DNA of 64,000 nt from contig NC_086108.1 in assembly GCF_963921235.1 (NCBI RefSeq), forward strand, positions 11,842,001-11,906,000, given 5' to 3'. The notes under the pieces were generated by a model, which was not told where the DNA came from, searched no databases, and was given only the letters and a program-made list of their open reading frames with translations. This stretch comes from Mobula hypostoma (Eukaryota). The position numbers were made by a program, and so were the translations under genes. Shown here piece after piece: positions 62,201 through 64,000 of the stretch (positions are counted from its first letter, which is position 1; each line of letters starts with the position of its first letter).

Positions 62201-62942
62201 ATAAATGCGCTGTCTGTGACTAAAGGGTCTGAGTGTAACTAAAGGGCTGACTGTGACTAAAGATACTGTGTTTGAATAAAGATCTATGTGTAAATCAAGG
62301 GGCTGTGATAGAAAATAAGGACTGCGTCTGAGTAAAGGGTTTGAGTGTGAAAATAATCTGCGTGCGAATAAAGGGGCTGCGTGTGAAAAAAGGTCTGCGT
62401 GTGAAAAAAGGGTCTGAGTGTGAAAAAAAGGTCTGCGTGCGAATAATGGGGCTGCATGTGAATAAAGGGGATGCGTGTGAATAAAGGGGCTGCGTGTGAA
62501 TAAAGGGGATGCGTGTGAATAAAGGGGCTGCGTGTGAATAAAGGGGATGCGTGTGAATAAAGGGGCTGCATGTGAATAAAGGGGCTGCTTGTGAATAAAG
62601 GGGCTGCGTGTGAATAAAGGGGATGCGTGTGAATAAAGGGGCTGCATGTGAATAAAGGGGCTGCTTGTGAATAAAGGGGCTGCGTGTGAATAAAGGGGAT
62701 GCGTATGAATAAAGGGGCTGCGTGTGAATAAAGGGGATGCGTGTGACTAAAGGGGATGCGTGTGAATAAAGGGGCTGCGTGTGAATAAAGGGGCCGTGTG
62801 TGAATAAAGAGTCTGAGTGTGAATAAAGTGTCTGTGTGTGAATAAAGGAGCTGTGTGTGAGTAAAGCAGCAATGTGTTAGCAACAGTGTTGTGTGTGACT
62901 AAAGGGCTGTGTGTGACTCGGTGCTGTGTTTTGGACTATGAG

Positions 62943-63129
62943 CTTGTTGTTGCTCAGTTGTTAAGTTGAGTCCAACTCTTCATGACGTCATGGCAAGATT
63001 CGGAAGTAGATTGCCAGACCTTTCTTCCGCGCAGGTACTGCTGCTGTCCAGGTTGGGACCCGGCTGGGTTTGAACTCAGGACTATCTGACTCGAAGTCCA
63101 GTGCTGACACCACTACACCACCAGCTGGC
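62943..63129 (-). mobile_element. Complete tRNA-derived SINE with RTE/BovB-like tail
   Basis: A box TGGTGTAGTGG, B box GAGTTCAAACC, GAGTTGGACTCAACT hairpin, (CAA)n tail, TSD CTATGAG at 62936-62942 and 63130-63136. Confidence 0.85.
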
Positions 63130-64000
63130 CTATGAGTAGGAGCACATTGTGCTTTTTTATACTGTGTGTCTAACTATATGCACTGTGTGTGACGAGATGT
63201 ATTGTGTTTGACTATATGTCCAGTGTTTTGCACCTTGTGCCCAGAACAACACTGTGTTTATCTGAATTGGGGTGTAGTGGTTTGGTTTGATGCTCACTCT
63301 TCTGAACCTACTCTTCCTTGATATTACAGCGGCTGCAAAGACACGTCCCTCAGGACTGTGACAGGGTCTGGTGAGCCCACCTACCAATGGCTATGGATCA
63401 AGATGTGTGACCCATGGACCAGCGCTTCTGGGATGAATGTCGGGATCAAACCAGGATGTGCCACCCAGCCTGGGTGATGTTTTTTGATGTGCAAAGTCCC
63501 GAAACACCCAATGCTCCCAGGTTCCATCTCTGATCTTGTGTCCCAGCACACCCTACGAAGTACCTCAGTGTCACTATACATGTGTGCAGTTGAGCAACAA
63601 TGAGCTTGAGCTTTTCTGGTGTGGTCCTGTTTTCCTGGCGTGTGCGGCGCTAAGCTAAGCCTCCTATGGAAGCACATTTCTGAACATTTGCTCCGTAACA
63701 CACTGCATTTTATGAGAATGATAATGTAGAACAAGCCTTTTCTTAATTGCAGTTCTTGAATAATTATGCTGCAATTTATATTATAATTTTACTGTCCATA
63801 TCCTGAGCTGTCACTCTAACAAATGCTAATCGCTTAATCTGCTCACCAGCTGCTTCAGTCCAGCCTGGCTGAATGTTGTGCCATCTTTAAGCACTTTATA
63901 ATGCTCTGATAATTGTGCCTGCTTTTTCCTTCTTCTGTAATTATTTTCTGTGCTTCGGCACTTGATATCTATTCTCAAGTAAAATGGATCATAAATTTGC

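Larger units (their letters stand above)
57850..62920. repeat. 19-bp satellite array with three zones (TGTGTGACTATATGTACTG; GTGTGACTAAAGGGTCTGC; GTGTGAATAAAGGGG(G)CTGC)
   Basis: GACT period 19 at 57964/57983/58002/58021 and at 61147/61166. Confidence 0.93.

Noticed and set aside
62198..62883. Periodic 149- and 199-aa ORFs
   Set aside because: Reverse translation of the 39-bp satellite dimer; no coding evidence
63050..63129. tRNA gene
   Set aside because: A/B boxes are present but followed by a LINE-derived tail and flanked by a TSD, so it is a SINE head

Overview
Eukaryotic, repeat-saturated DNA; the repeat families suggest a cartilaginous fish, probably a ray, but this is inference. I recognise no intact host gene. 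The window holds two degenerate Ty3/gypsy elements: a Gmr1-type with PR-IN-(RT)-RH order and a tRNA-Pro PBS at 0.1-4.7 kb, and a Sushi/chromovirus-type at 42-45 kb. It also holds many CR1 LINE copies, RTE, Rex1/Babar and Vingi LINEs, and GIY-YIG Penelope-like elements whose pseudo-LTRs carry minimal type-I hammerhead ribozymes. Two Tc1 transposons, a Chapaev3-like fragment, tRNA-derived SINEs, candidate solo LTRs and three satellite arrays (37, 30 and 19 bp units) complete the picture. The most notable signals are the hammerhead motifs, a twin-priming-like inverted RTE insertion, a CR1 insertion replacing the IN-RT core of the Gmr1 element, a local templated copy of a dead Rex1 segment, a satellite showing a sequence gradient, and a few non-repeat islands with splice signals that may be relic exons. 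Family assignments come from motif recall, not database searches. Boundaries without a stated TSD or terminus are approximate.
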